The position numbers and the translations under genes are program-made. The notes beneath the pieces are model-generated. The model searched no databases, was not told the origin of the DNA, and worked only from the letters and a program-made list of their open reading frames with translations. DNA of 63,913 nucleotides, counting the filler, from Collodictyon triciliatum (lineage: Eukaryota), in NCBI GenBank assembly GCA_043381765.1. It is 4 parts of 4 records of this genome, joined end to end, with 100 filler letters (N's around TTAATTAATTAA, not from the genome) between each part and the next. Parts side by side here need not be neighbours in the genome. Positions count along the whole stretch, not along the records: positions 44,024 to 58,646 come from JBHJMP010001185.1; positions 58,747 to 63,913 come from JBHJMP010001200.1; 2 more parts are not named here. One strand, 5' to 3'. This document shows positions 52,524-63,913 of the stretch, piece by piece (positions within the stretch are counted from its first letter, which is position 1; every line of letters begins with the position of its first letter).

Positions 52524-54007
52524 TTTCATTTTTCTCTTTTTTAATTTTTTATTTTACATAGTTGAGCCTCAGTAAAAGTTTGCCTGAGACCCTTAATTAT
52601 CAACATAGAATCAGCAGAGCCCGATTTAATGCCCATTCAGCCGCCACAGGAAGAGAATGACATATTATTTTTTCCACAATGTTTTAACATAGACAAGGAG
52701 GCTAGAGCATGTAAGTTTGATAGCTTTCTTCATTTTTACCTTTGATAATGCCCTCGTAGATTATGTTTCAACAACTGGAACCATAACAAACTTCCAACTA
52801 TATCAACACATCCCCCTCTTCTCTTCTTTTTGTTCAAATAAGCGTTTGTTTCTTTAACAAACAATATATCAAATACCTAGTGGAAGTTGAGCTATCTAAA
52901 AGGAAGAAGCAGCCTGTCAAACTTCAGGATGATATATCCAAGACAATGGCAGGAAAAGACTATTCTCAAATGAAGAGCGCTCTACAAAGCTGCTTCAACA
53001 CAATTCGCTGGATAAGCAAGGATGCACTTATCGAGGCATTACGAAATAACCCTGAATTCTGTTCCCATCTAGACATCTACGCCGAAGAAATCAATGCTTG
53101 CCCGTCTGTAATCATCCAAGTCAAAAGCTGGCCGGGATTGCGCAATGAGCTAGAAGAGTTAGGCATTAGCTACACCCCAGAGCACCTCCGACGAAACCTC
53201 TTCCCGAAGATGGGATTCTCTCCGTTATTCAACGGGAAGTCAGATTTCATACATAAGGAATTGAATACCACATTTTGGATAGATGAGCGTGATAGGCTTC
53301 CCTTCTGGATTGGGCTGGAGGACTCAGAAGTCCTCATCAGGCGTTCAAATTCTGGTTCTTACAATTCGAAAGCGCGCAGGCGCTCACAACATGGCGAGAG
53401 TTCGAGTTCTACCGAAGACGATGCTATCTTTATTACGTGCAGACCCGTGGACCTCTGCCAAATGCCACCAGAAAAAATGACCGAATTCAAGGAAATCTTT
53501 TTGCAATCATTCCTAAAGTCTTATTTGCAACACGTAGGAAACGAAGAACTGGGATTCCCATTCAGTTCCGAGCAGGCTCTCGTTTATTGGCTTGGGCAAC
53601 AGTTTGAAAAGATGGTTGGAGAATGTAATTACCAGAAGGACTTAATCTACGTATGTAGCGTCAAGGAAAAAACAGAATGGGTGGATGTGGGTCTCACCTC
53701 GGTCCAGTTGACCACTTCTGACACATTTGCTGACCTCTACATCTCTCAGTGTGTCGTGAGGCCAGAGTTCCAACGCCGTAAGATTGCAACAACCATGATT
53801 CGACAAACCGTGAGACTAATTCTCCGTGACCACTCGACACTCACAAATGCAAGAGTCTCTGGTTGCTGCCGTTTCATCAACATCCCTGAATTTGCCCTAT
53901 ATCTCAGAATGGGCGGCAATCCTGTTGTTGGGACTGAACCAGACACCCGTAATTCGGAGCAAGAACAAACAAGCTCACTCGAGCAAGCAATTATCATGAA
54001 GGACTAG
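51359..54007 (+). CDS. Protein with Gln/His-rich low-complexity N-terminus and C-terminal GNAT-like acetyltransferase domain; exons 51359-51390, 51499-52193, 52609-52710, 52881-54007
   Basis: All four exons join in frame at GT-AG sites. C-terminal DLYISQCVVRPEFQRRKIATTMIRQ resembles GNAT motif A, and RFINIPEFALYLRMG resembles the N..A..LY...G motif. Confidence 0.72.
52307..52525. repeat. (TTTTC/TTTTTC)n and (TTTCTAC)n intronic pyrimidine tract
   Basis: Seen directly within intron 52194-52608. Confidence 0.9.
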
Positions 54008-54258
54008 AGAAAGGAAAAGGAACTCTTCTGTGGACGAGACTTTTGTCTGGTTTGGGCAAAAGAACTCATCGAAGGACGTGTCATGTTCAATTTTCACACA
54101 GCTATCTGCGTACGAATTATTTGTGTTATGGCTGTCTTAAATCGAACACATAAGATATTCTACTAACAGGCCTTTCTTTTCAATATATTCTTTTCTTTTA
54201 AATTTAACCTCACAAATCCACAAGAACAACCCCTCACCAATCAAAAAACAAACAAAAG

Positions 54259-54340
<82 letters not shown>

Positions 54341-54458
54341 AAAAAAAAAGAAAAAGAGAACCGCCTCTACGAGTCGGAATCCAACCTTTCCTGTTGCTGT
54401 TTGGAATCGTGGCTATTTTCCCCACTTTGCCGGTTCCATCTGCAATGGACACGTCTTT

Positions 54459-54489
<31 letters not shown>

Positions 54490-54968
54490 GTTTTGTTTTG
54501 TTTTGTTTTGTTTTGTTTTTCCTTTAAATTTCTGCAGGACGCCTTTTTATTCTCTTAATTTTTACATTCGATGCCAACCTCTCCCTCTCTTATCCACTTT
54601 TTTTTATATCAAAAACAAAAGCCAGACAACTAGCAGTAACCAAGGAGAAGAGAATAGACAGTGTCAACACGATAATCACCCACGCTTAAGATCGAGCCCC
54701 GAACACGAGTTCAATGCTGACACTCCTTTCCTTCTGGAATACTAATAGAGCAGAATCAATAATAGAAATATAAATCTTTGAATCGAATAAAGGGAAAAAA
54801 CAGAAATATAAATCGGAAGTGTCTAATCAAATGAATTGGAATACGTGTGCCGTGCACAAAAGATAAAATAATAATAAGAATTAATTAAACGGTTGATAAT
54901 TTGGCAGCTATTCTAATTATTTGTGAATAATTTATATATGACAGTAGCATACTCGAGGGATAACCATC

Positions 54969-56567
54969 CTAGTCTGTATTTCCGAGCCTTCTCTTCGCCT
55001 GAAATCGCATCAACGCTTCCTGGCGATTCTTTTCCATACGCGCAATCTGCTCTGTGGTTAGGGTCTGGGCAATTGCAATTGTTGTTGGAGCAGCAACCGG
55101 AAACACATGGATGTCAGATGTAGTTGAGACGGAGACAGAATGTGGTGTCTGGTAGATATTAACAGCAGCTTCATTAGATTGGTAACATAGCTAGCAACAA
55201 ACTAATATACAATCGAGAATCGATGTGACCGAGATTTTCCGCCCATTCTGGTATGCAAGAATAATTAACAAAGAGTGTACATTTTCAGGGAGTGTTGTCG
55301 CGTTGGTTTGTGTCTGCGCTGGATTATTTACGTGTTCATCCAAATGAAGAGATGTTGGTGGGTCGGGAAGCAGTGGTTCGCCTAATCAGTGGCATAAAAG
55401 AATAGAGAAACGAAACAATAATTGATTAAATTGATAGAAACTATGATTAACTTTGCTAAATCTGCATATAACGCTTTAACAATTGTACAGAAGAAACATA
55501 AGTGTTCTTGGTGGGTAAAACAAACTCGTTTCCAGATATGCATCATCGAATGATGAGGTTGCATGGGTTTCAATGCTCTCTACAGTTTTTTCATCTTTCA
55601 GACAAGAGACCCAGTACTGAATGAATTTATCACACGGTAAGAAAATATACCAATATATTAGGTTAAGGGAGAGCTTAAAAATAGACAAGTGAATACCAAA
55701 TGAATGAATAAGCAAAATATCCTTGCATTTGAGTCGTATAAAGGGAATAATCACCTTAATATCCTTGTTTCGACCGGTATTTCTGATTTGAGAGAGCAAA
55801 TCTGAGAAAGCCAGCTTGGGAAAGATTGATGCCCCCCATTCCTCGTATACACGCAGAATGGATTTCAAGTCTTCTTTCTATGAACCATATAATTCTTTTT
55901 CTCAATATTTTCTTATAATTCTTACATTGGAATTGAACATGTGTAATTGCAGTTAACACAGTCCACTTTTCTTTTCTCAAGCTGGGTCATTTAATCCATA
56001 TATGCGAATCATTCTGATTGTTCTACACCTCTTCTTGAAAGTTCAGATAAAGCAAGGGATGTGAAGCTGCATCACAACGCCACCAACTTAATTGAATATG
56101 TCAAACCTCATGACCGGGACCCTTCAAAGAAAGCTTCTGACAACTCTGCTTCAACTGGGGGAGACCATTCGGAGCCATGAGAATATCGTGAGTGAGTCTG
56201 AGGCGTTTCTTCCCGCCCACTGCCTTGATTTCCGTCTCATCCTGAATATGGCAAATAACACCTTATAGTGCACTCATAAAATGTATCACACAGCAAAGAA
56301 ACATGGGACTGCGATAAACCAAGACGGGTTTCCATCCAGATAGAAAACATGCTTACGTTTAGCCAATGTGTATGAAGAGAGGTATGATTAGAAGAGGTCA
56401 GTTACTTTTAGGGGCTCTGACTTTGCTTCGGTGTTATGCTGGGAAGCGACACCTGTGTTGCTTTCGACGTCAGAATCCTCTTGTTGGCGAGACCCATCAC
56501 TTGCGTCGCTTTCAGAGTCGCTCTCGAAGGAAGCAGTCATGCGTGAAGACGAGCGACGTTTGCTCAT
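54969..56567 (-). CDS. TIPIN: TIMELESS-interacting protein / Swi3 / Csm3 fork-protection subunit, 6-exon model
   Basis: Swi3 domain KKRLRLTHDILMAPNGLPQL...LKGPGHE|KEDLKSILRVYEEWGASIFPKLAFSDLLSQIRNTG, an acidic N-terminus, and C-terminal LTTEQIARMEKNRQEALMR resembling the RPA32-binding motif. Confidence 0.9.
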
Positions 56568-56885
56568 TGCTTGAGTTCTGGTTGTTACTTTTTGTTTTGG
56601 CCTCGCTGGGTTTCCTGTTTTACTCTTTCTTTTTTTTTTTATGCCCTTCTCTTTTCTTTCACATCAGACAATACCACTTCATATTTTGATATTTTGAATT
56701 TTTATAAATTACGCAAAAGTCATATTCGGTAGACAAGGCTGGAAGGAGGAATTAGATGTAAGGTTTTTTTCTTTTTTGTTATTTCTTATGGAGAGGTTGC
56801 ATTTTTTTTTCTTTTAGCTCGAATCGGGTAGGGTGGATTAGGAGTGGATGAAGAAGGGACTCTCAAATTGAGGACCTTAGTTTCA

Positions 56886-58535
56886 TTAGTCATGGATCTC
56901 CATCCTAATTTACATATTTATAATTGATAAGTGTTGGATATTGGAGGAAGCTTGTATTGGTTCATCGCTTTGTTGCACATAATCAGCTAATACAAATAGT
57001 AAAAGTGACCTGTGGGGGAAGATACATCTTATCGGATATGGCTTGATGTTTAGATTGGACCCCAGATCTCCCTGTGCCACCCAATCTGCCACAGAATCGT
57101 GATACAAAATAATTGGACAATATATATGAAATAGAAATACGCACGTGAGTATGAAAAAGACCAAGGAACCCGAACCAAGAAACAAACAAATCTATCACTT
57201 GCTCACCCGATGGTGTCCATGGTGGCCTTTCGATTGATAGATCTTTTTCCAGGATTTGGAGACACACTTTGCACCGTATGAGATTCCTTATTTATGAGAA
57301 ATTCAATTGGCATGAGGGTCAAGATAAACCAATAGATGCATTTACAGGTTATATGGTGATTATTACAATTCTTTATTTCTTTCGGGAGATATGATAATAA
57401 TATATATTTGTTTACTTGCTGAGGAAACAAAATTTCAAAGTTTTCTATCAGATCTCTTAAAGTCTGGACTTGTGTCTTAAGTGACTCGATCATACCAATA
57501 GGAGATGCTGATGGGCTCTTTTTTGATTGCCATTTTTTTTTTTTTTGCATTAATCACACTTTGCCAAATGTATGCAATAAAAAAAATTGTGATTTAAATT
57601 GCGATAACAAAATTCAAACAACATGCACATCATTTGAAAAACTACGCGAGTGATGATAATATCTCTAGTAATTATTTTTTTTTTTATTATCACACACCCG
57701 AAAAACATTTGGACCCAGCATGATAGCGAGATTAGTCTATAAAATTTATTTTGGGTTGAAGCGAGTCTATCTATTTTTACAGATAATCAAGAAGCACAAG
57801 TTGGCAATTTGAATATTCAAAAAGTCGAATTGAAGGGTTGAACATACCGCAGTCATCTTGTTTATTTGTTGGTTGGCGTGAATTTCATGCAGATACCACA
57901 GCAAATATTTGATGGTTGAAAAATATACCTATCAAATTACAAAAGAAAGAAACACACATACCAAATAATCAATCTAATGCGAAACACAAAGCATCATATA
58001 ATAGCAAGACATAATTTGTGGAAGAAATAGCAATACACGAGGTAAATTCGTCAGAGCCCCAGCGTAGCTTGCACATCGATCGATTAGGTTAGGCGACTCT
58101 CCTAAATACAAAAAGAGGCATACATGTACAATTTTTTTTTTTTGGTAAAATCTTGTTTCTGCGCTATAATATCAGCAATCGACAAAGGAAAATATAACAT
58201 AATCAGGTTACGATGTATTCGGTGCAGTGCCATATGAAGGTGATGTGAGAAAATAGGCTCGGGTAAATCTCTAAGATATTGCTTGAGTAAATTGGCAACC
58301 GCAAATACATCTTGATTCGGTGGAATTTCAATCCCATGAAGACCTACAAACCGATTATCTAGGATTTATATGTGTAGAATGTACGGTCTTAAAATAAAAA
58401 GTTATATTATGTCGGAATATATACGTGTGATTTACAAGCTGGAAATAATGTGCAAACGTTCATTAAATTCATTCCTCAATTTCACAACGGCGTTCACACT
58501 TCCTGAAACTCTGAATATGCCTTCTACCTTATGTG
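56886..58535 (-). CDS. RhoGAP-domain protein, 3' part (5' end beyond contig edge)
   Basis: KVEGIFRVSGS (arginine finger), DVFAVANLLKQYLRDLPEPIF, NKMTATNLAIMLGPNVFR and LIENFEILF. Confidence 0.93.
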
Positions 58536-58547
58536 CTACGGGGAAAG

Positions 58548-58646
58548 TAAGAATAACAATAAGAATAACAATAAGAATAACAATAAGAATAACAATAAGA
58601 ATAACAATAAGAATAACAATAAGAATAACAATAAGAATAACAATAA
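58548..58646. repeat. (AATAAGAATAAC)n 12-mer tandem repeat at contig end
   Basis: Perfect array in a RhoGAP intron running into the spacer. Confidence 0.95.
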
Positions 58647-58746
58647 NNNNNNNNNNNNNNNNNNNNNNNNNNNNNNNNNNNNNNNNNNNNTTAATTAATT
58701 AANNNNNNNNNNNNNNNNNNNNNNNNNNNNNNNNNNNNNNNNNNNN
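58647..58746. other. Artificial contig spacer
   Basis: 44 N + TTAATTAATTAA + 44 N. Confidence 0.98.
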
Positions 58747-58993
58747 AAACCAAAAAAACAAAAATAAAAAATAAATCAATAATAAAAAAAAAAAAAAAAA
58801 AAGGAACAAAAAACCAAAAAAAAAAAAAAAAAGGTACTCAAAAATCAGAAGAACAGAGAAAAACATTTGAAGATGAGTCCTCGTTTTAACCGGTGACATC
58901 ACAATTTCACTTACATTATTTGCATATTTCTCAGGCAGCCCTTCCCCATCGCTGGAGAGAAAATCGCGAAAAATCTATAAATCCGAGGCAAAA

Positions 58994-61900
58994 TCAGCTT
59001 GATACATGTGAGTACAATACGCGAGACAATTTCGACTTAATGGAAGGTAAAATAAAAGAAAAACCTCCAATAGAGCCTGAATCCATTCTATTTGCTTCCT
59101 GAAATATGATTCTTTGAAATTCACTTTTATGAGAAGTTCTTCGTTGCATATCTGTTAATTGTACTTTAATTTTGATGGGCGGTAATATATGAAGAGCAAA
59201 AATGTACAAATGGAAAGAAAAAAAAAAGCAAACTCTTAAGGATTTGTGTAGAAGGAAATTTATGTAACGGGAAGGAGATCAAATATAAGAATACGATTAC
59301 ATTTCTTAGTTCGTCCCACATATATTTAAGAAGTCGAATCATGACATCGGGGAGCAAGTATCGGTTCAACATCGAAAGTGTGCTTGCTATCAATTCGGTC
59401 TCTCCAGAGATACTTGCTATAAGCAATTACGTTTTAACTGGATTCACCGTCGAAATATGTAATTACTTTTATCATACAAAGATTTCAAGACAGAAAACAG
59501 AGGGTGTCTACGCATGACTACAGCATTAAGAAGCTAAAGAGCCTCGTTCATACCAGTGACGATTTCTTTCATCTCCTCCAAGGAAACGTCACCTGCATTT
59601 TCAACTTGGCTAATAGCGTCATCTTTGTCTTTCGCTTTGACTTTTGCAACCCACGAAATTGAAGAGATGAAGCCTGTTCCTTTCGCAACCATTTCTATGG
59701 GCCGCTTTAGTCGTTGAGCCATGGAGAACATCACAGAACCAAACTACATGGTTTCATGATTCGAAGAGAAAAGGGTCGATGATTAGAATTGTGAGTGTGT
59801 CATTCCTATCTAGTGGGGGTACCTTGCAGCGAACAAAGGGTTGTAATAGATCCCCCAAAACAAATCTCATCCATGTGAGAGTTGATGATGCATCTTTTTC
59901 CACTGATTTCTTTTTTTCCTCATCTTCATCACCTTCATGTACCAGGCTCTCTTCCGATGAATTAGAGTTGTTATCATTAGTATGATCATCATTATTGTGG
60001 TTCATTCCGGATTTTCTAAATGTATATTAGCAATGTTCTAGAGAATGATATTAGAACCATACTTGCGTTCCTGGCATTGAACTTGATTTGTCTATCTATT
60101 GTCAATGTTAGTAACTCATCGAGCTTGTAGCGACTGCTACTGATATTATTGAGCATCGAACAAACCTAATCCCATATTAACAGATATTCATTACAATTTT
60201 CATATTTTTACTGTTTCAGCTATGCCGTGTAATATATAGATGACTTTTTTTCAATAAACTGTTTTAAATACTTGTGGAGATATTTCGATAGATGATGTTG
60301 TTCCTTCCGGCTTCATTTGCATTTGTATTTTCCCAAGTAGAATACTTATATATAGCTTGACAACATTGCATGATTTCTAGGCGAGGAAAAAAAAAACACC
60401 AGAGTGAGGCAACTGATTTCGTGTGTGTTTTTTTTCGGTAATTTAACACGAGAGATAAACGAAAGAAAATGGATAAAGCAAGTATTATTTTATCATTCTA
60501 CTTTTTTTTCTAAAAAAAAAAAAAACCATGCAATATAAGTCCATAAGACTCAGGTCGTTTGATCTAATCTTATAAACGACCGAATCGCTAACAACTTCCA
60601 ACAAAGCCTCCAGCGGCTGGGCTATGAATGAGAAGACATCGACTAAGGAGGAAGAATATCGAGCTTGCTCATTGATGTGGTTCCACTATTATTAAAAAGG
60701 CGAGGCATTTTCGTTAACATATTAAAATTTTTTCATTAACAAAGTAATTCGCTTGTTTTTAAAACCCATGAATACTAGCATAATTATCAAACGTGTCTCT
60801 TTTTTTCCCAATGAGATGAGATGTCCATATAAAACCTTGTCGGCTTCGCAAGCTTGGCTAACTAGGTTGAGGCCGACATATGATATGTTTTCAATCCATA
60901 AACCTATAGAGCCAGAGAACACTTCTTCCAGGTCGTAAAGTTGTTCACTTTGAAAGTAGAGATGAGTTAATATCAAAATATAATTATGTGTAATGATTAT
61001 GAGACCTACTCGGGTATGTACTTGGCCAGTTCGTTGGTAAGGAAGCGCAGAGCAGAAAATAATGATATAACTATACCGCCATCTTTCGAAAAATAGTCTG
61101 AATATGTTTTCATGCTTTCTTCAGCCTATTAAAAGGCATTTTAGTAGCTGTTTTTTTCCCTGTTATTGTTTTTTTTTTAAAAAAAAAAAAAAGTGAAAAT
61201 CAACTATGTAATTTTATTAAAATGGGAATTATGTAAGCATTCAACCTCTTTTTTAACAGAATTGAGTATTTTTTTCCCAAATATGCTTCCATAATTAACG
61301 TTTCTAAAGGGAGCAAGAAGTAATTCCAGCATAAGTTGTGATAAGAAACGACAGTAAACTAAGCCAAGTATCAGAAAAACTAGAGACAAGTTGTTACTTC
61401 TTTTTCAAGAAAAGTTCTTCATCACCATTGGTAATAGAATAGGCTTACTCTGGAAATTCATCAGAATATAATTGAATATTCTTGAGTTCTCCACAAAAAG
61501 TGATGACAAGGGTTTGAAGTTGAGGGGGTGTGAGAATCAGAGACTTCATGCCATCATCAGGATGCTATATGTAATTCAAACCACCAAAGTTATTGGTTAC
61601 GAAAAAGATATATTTAAACTTAAATACGAGAGTAAATAGAATCATGATAAATTGATAACCTCATTCGTTTGCCTTTGAATGACATCAAACTCGGTGATAT
61701 GGCGCATTTGACACACAGAGCGCGTTACTTTTTCACAGCAATCATCAGCACAAGCCTGGATATTTGTTATGTAAAAAATGTAATTGGTATGAAAAACATG
61801 GTGAAGCAACAAACTATCAAACATTAAGCTATCAACCCTAAGTTATGCAAGTACAAAATGTAGATAAACATACTCTAATCAGAAGTGTTATTGTGTCTTT

Positions 61901-63757
61901 AAACAGCTGGTCTGCAGTATGTGTCTTGGGTTCGATTTTGAGTTGGATGTTTATAATCTGTGGAGTCCAGTTTTTATGAAATAAAATGAACAAATCATAC
62001 AAAACAAAAAGAATAGAATACAAACAGCACGGCTATAATTCAATGGTTACATATATTCACAGAAAGTCCAGGAGAATAAAATACGGCTCATTCGATGTGA
62101 AATAATTGTGTAGATAAACAAATTGCTGAAGACTTTTTTTTCCTTAAAATTCCATACTTATGAATTACCTGCAAAAGTAATTTATGCAGCATTTTAATGG
62201 TATTGGATGGTTGATTGTTTGGAAATCGTGAGATGAAAGATCTCAAATCTTCCTCAATTCTGCTGTATATGAGAGCACAAACTGAACCCAATGTTGCAAT
62301 CTGATTTGAAAATAATGCGATAAGATACATTTATCAAAAATATTGCCAATTAAACTCTTGCAAAAACAAAAAAAAAAGTAGGATTTTACCTTGAAAGTTT
62401 TTATATGACTTAAGAAAAGTTGTAAATATATTTAATAATAATAATAAAAATAAGTAATAGTAATAAAAAAAAAAAGGTTAAATACATAAGGGATTGAGTT
62501 AAGACACCTCGTCATAGGTAAGTGGTGTTTCTGGTGATGTGACCTTCCGGACCTTCATGCGGTTCGAGATGGAATCAAGCAACTCCGATACATATTGAAG
62601 CTGGTTTGGATGTACAGAAAACTTTTGGGAAAACAAAACCAGTTCGCTGACGGAGAAGGAAGCCGAAAATTCGAGAAAATATTGGATTGAAATGATTAAA
62701 GAAAAATTATGTCATTAGGACAATATATTTAAGTTATACGAGCATCTATCGTGAATAAAAAAAAAATAATACTTGAATGTCATGTAGGAGCTTGAGATTC
62801 CATAAAAATCTGCGTATATTTGAAGAATAGCTCTTCCAGCTGGGGGAATAGGGTTTATCATAATGTCCAACTTAGTAGCAAAGTCGGCTTCGGTCAATTT
62901 TGGATTCTCAAAATATATCATTCTGAAAGAAAGGAAACCATAAATTTAGCTTCACAAAATACAAACATAAATGAACAAGTATTTTCACATAATATAAAAG
63001 TATTTATGTTCCAGTTAATCATATAGAATTACACCTTTCGTAAATTTGGCGATAACAACGATAGTAGTGCTCATCTTTGAACTCGATACTCGGCTCCGTC
63101 GCATACAAAGGGCGGGCACATTCTTCATGGGACCTTTTCAAATCCCTTTATTTCGTAGTAAATAGATAAATTACATATATAGCGAAAATTAGGAGTTTTT
63201 TTTTTTTTTTGCAAACGCAGAAAATCAAAGAATTGGTGGTTATATTTTGTCGCCAATATAAATTCGGATATAACAGTGTAGATATTTCATACTCTGTTAC
63301 TTTCTCGTCCCTCCGAACAAGGTATCGTTGATGTGTATCTGCGTCCTTTGATCATTCATCAATCAACCATAGTCTGCTTAAAATAATAACATGTAAAATG
63401 CTCACCCCAAAAGCACTTGGGTTGTAATAAGACCCCCATGCTATGGACGCCTGGATTGAAGCGATAAGGCGGCAAGTTCTCTGATGTATGTTGGGTAAAC
63501 TTCAATTTCATGCAGGCTTTCATAGTCCAGGAAAAAGTTTTTTATATTTTTTTAGAAAAAAGAGCATAAAAACAATTAAAAAAAACAATAAAGGTAATAA
63601 ATCATTGAAACAATTGAAATCATTGAAAAATTAGAACTCAAAAAAAAAAACCATCCAACTATTCGCGCTAGCTATTCGTTCCCACACTGGTTTGTACAAC
63701 GGATTTAAGGGGAATATATCCAGCAAATACCGATAGACTTCAGCAGACGGTGTAGAC
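58994..63757 (-). CDS. Munc13/Unc13-like MUN (MHD1/MHD2) domain protein, internal fragment, many exons
   Basis: RAILQIYADFYGISSSY, VFSGSIGLWIEN...LVSQACEADK|WNHINEQARYSSSLVDVFSFIAQ, VCSMLNNISSSRYKLDE and LNRYLLPDVMIRLLKYMWD occur in the order of the corresponding Munc13 MUN motifs. Both ends are uncertain. Confidence 0.78.
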
Positions 63758-63793
63758 TTTGGTTTTTTTTAACTTAATATTCAGGAATATCGT

Positions 63794-63913
63794 GTTTTGT
63801 TTTGTTTTGTTTTGTTTTGTTTTGTTTTGTTTTGTTTTGTTTTGTTTTGTTTTGTTTTGTTTTGTTTTGTTTTGTTTTGTTTTGTTTTGTTTTGTTTTGT
63901 TTTGTTTTGTTTT
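63794..63913. repeat. (TTTTG)n microsatellite at window end
   Basis: Perfect pentamer array. Confidence 0.95.

Noticed and set aside
52562-52575. Apparent in-frame stop after the AG at 52561, suggesting a pseudogene or recoding
   Set aside because: The acceptor at 52608 gives an open frame that joins the last exon, so no recoding is needed.

Overview
Intron-rich eukaryotic (protist-like) genomic DNA. It is not one locus: four assembly contigs (about 1-21920, 22021-43923, 44024-58646, 58747-63913) are joined by artificial 100-nt spacers (44 N + TTAATTAATTAA + 44 N). I spliced the genes by hand from splice sites and reading-frame continuity, so exon edges are models. Contig 1: a multi-TM class I cyclic-nucleotide phosphodiesterase, a Na+/K+-type P2C ATPase alpha subunit, a two-repeat Myb protein, an FAD-dependent oxidoreductase and a truncated second TM-PDE-like paralogue. 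Contig 2: a leishmanolysin/GP63-like type I membrane protein, a UPF0658-like 7-TM protein and the 5' part of VPS13. Contig 3: glycine decarboxylase P-protein (3' truncated), a Gln/His-rich GNAT fusion, TIPIN/Swi3 and the 3' part of a RhoGAP. Contig 4: part of a Munc13-like MUN-domain gene. The most striking item is the GP63 homologue. It has lost its catalytic Glu, third Zn ligand and propeptide Cys, and carries EGF-TSP1-TSP1-ZU5 with an HFS motif just before the TM helix, suggesting a self-cleaving pseudo-protease receptor. A good U12-type (minor spliceosome) intron candidate sits in the first PDE gene. I recognised no rRNA, tRNA, CRISPR array or transposon. Family calls come from motif recognition, not database searches.
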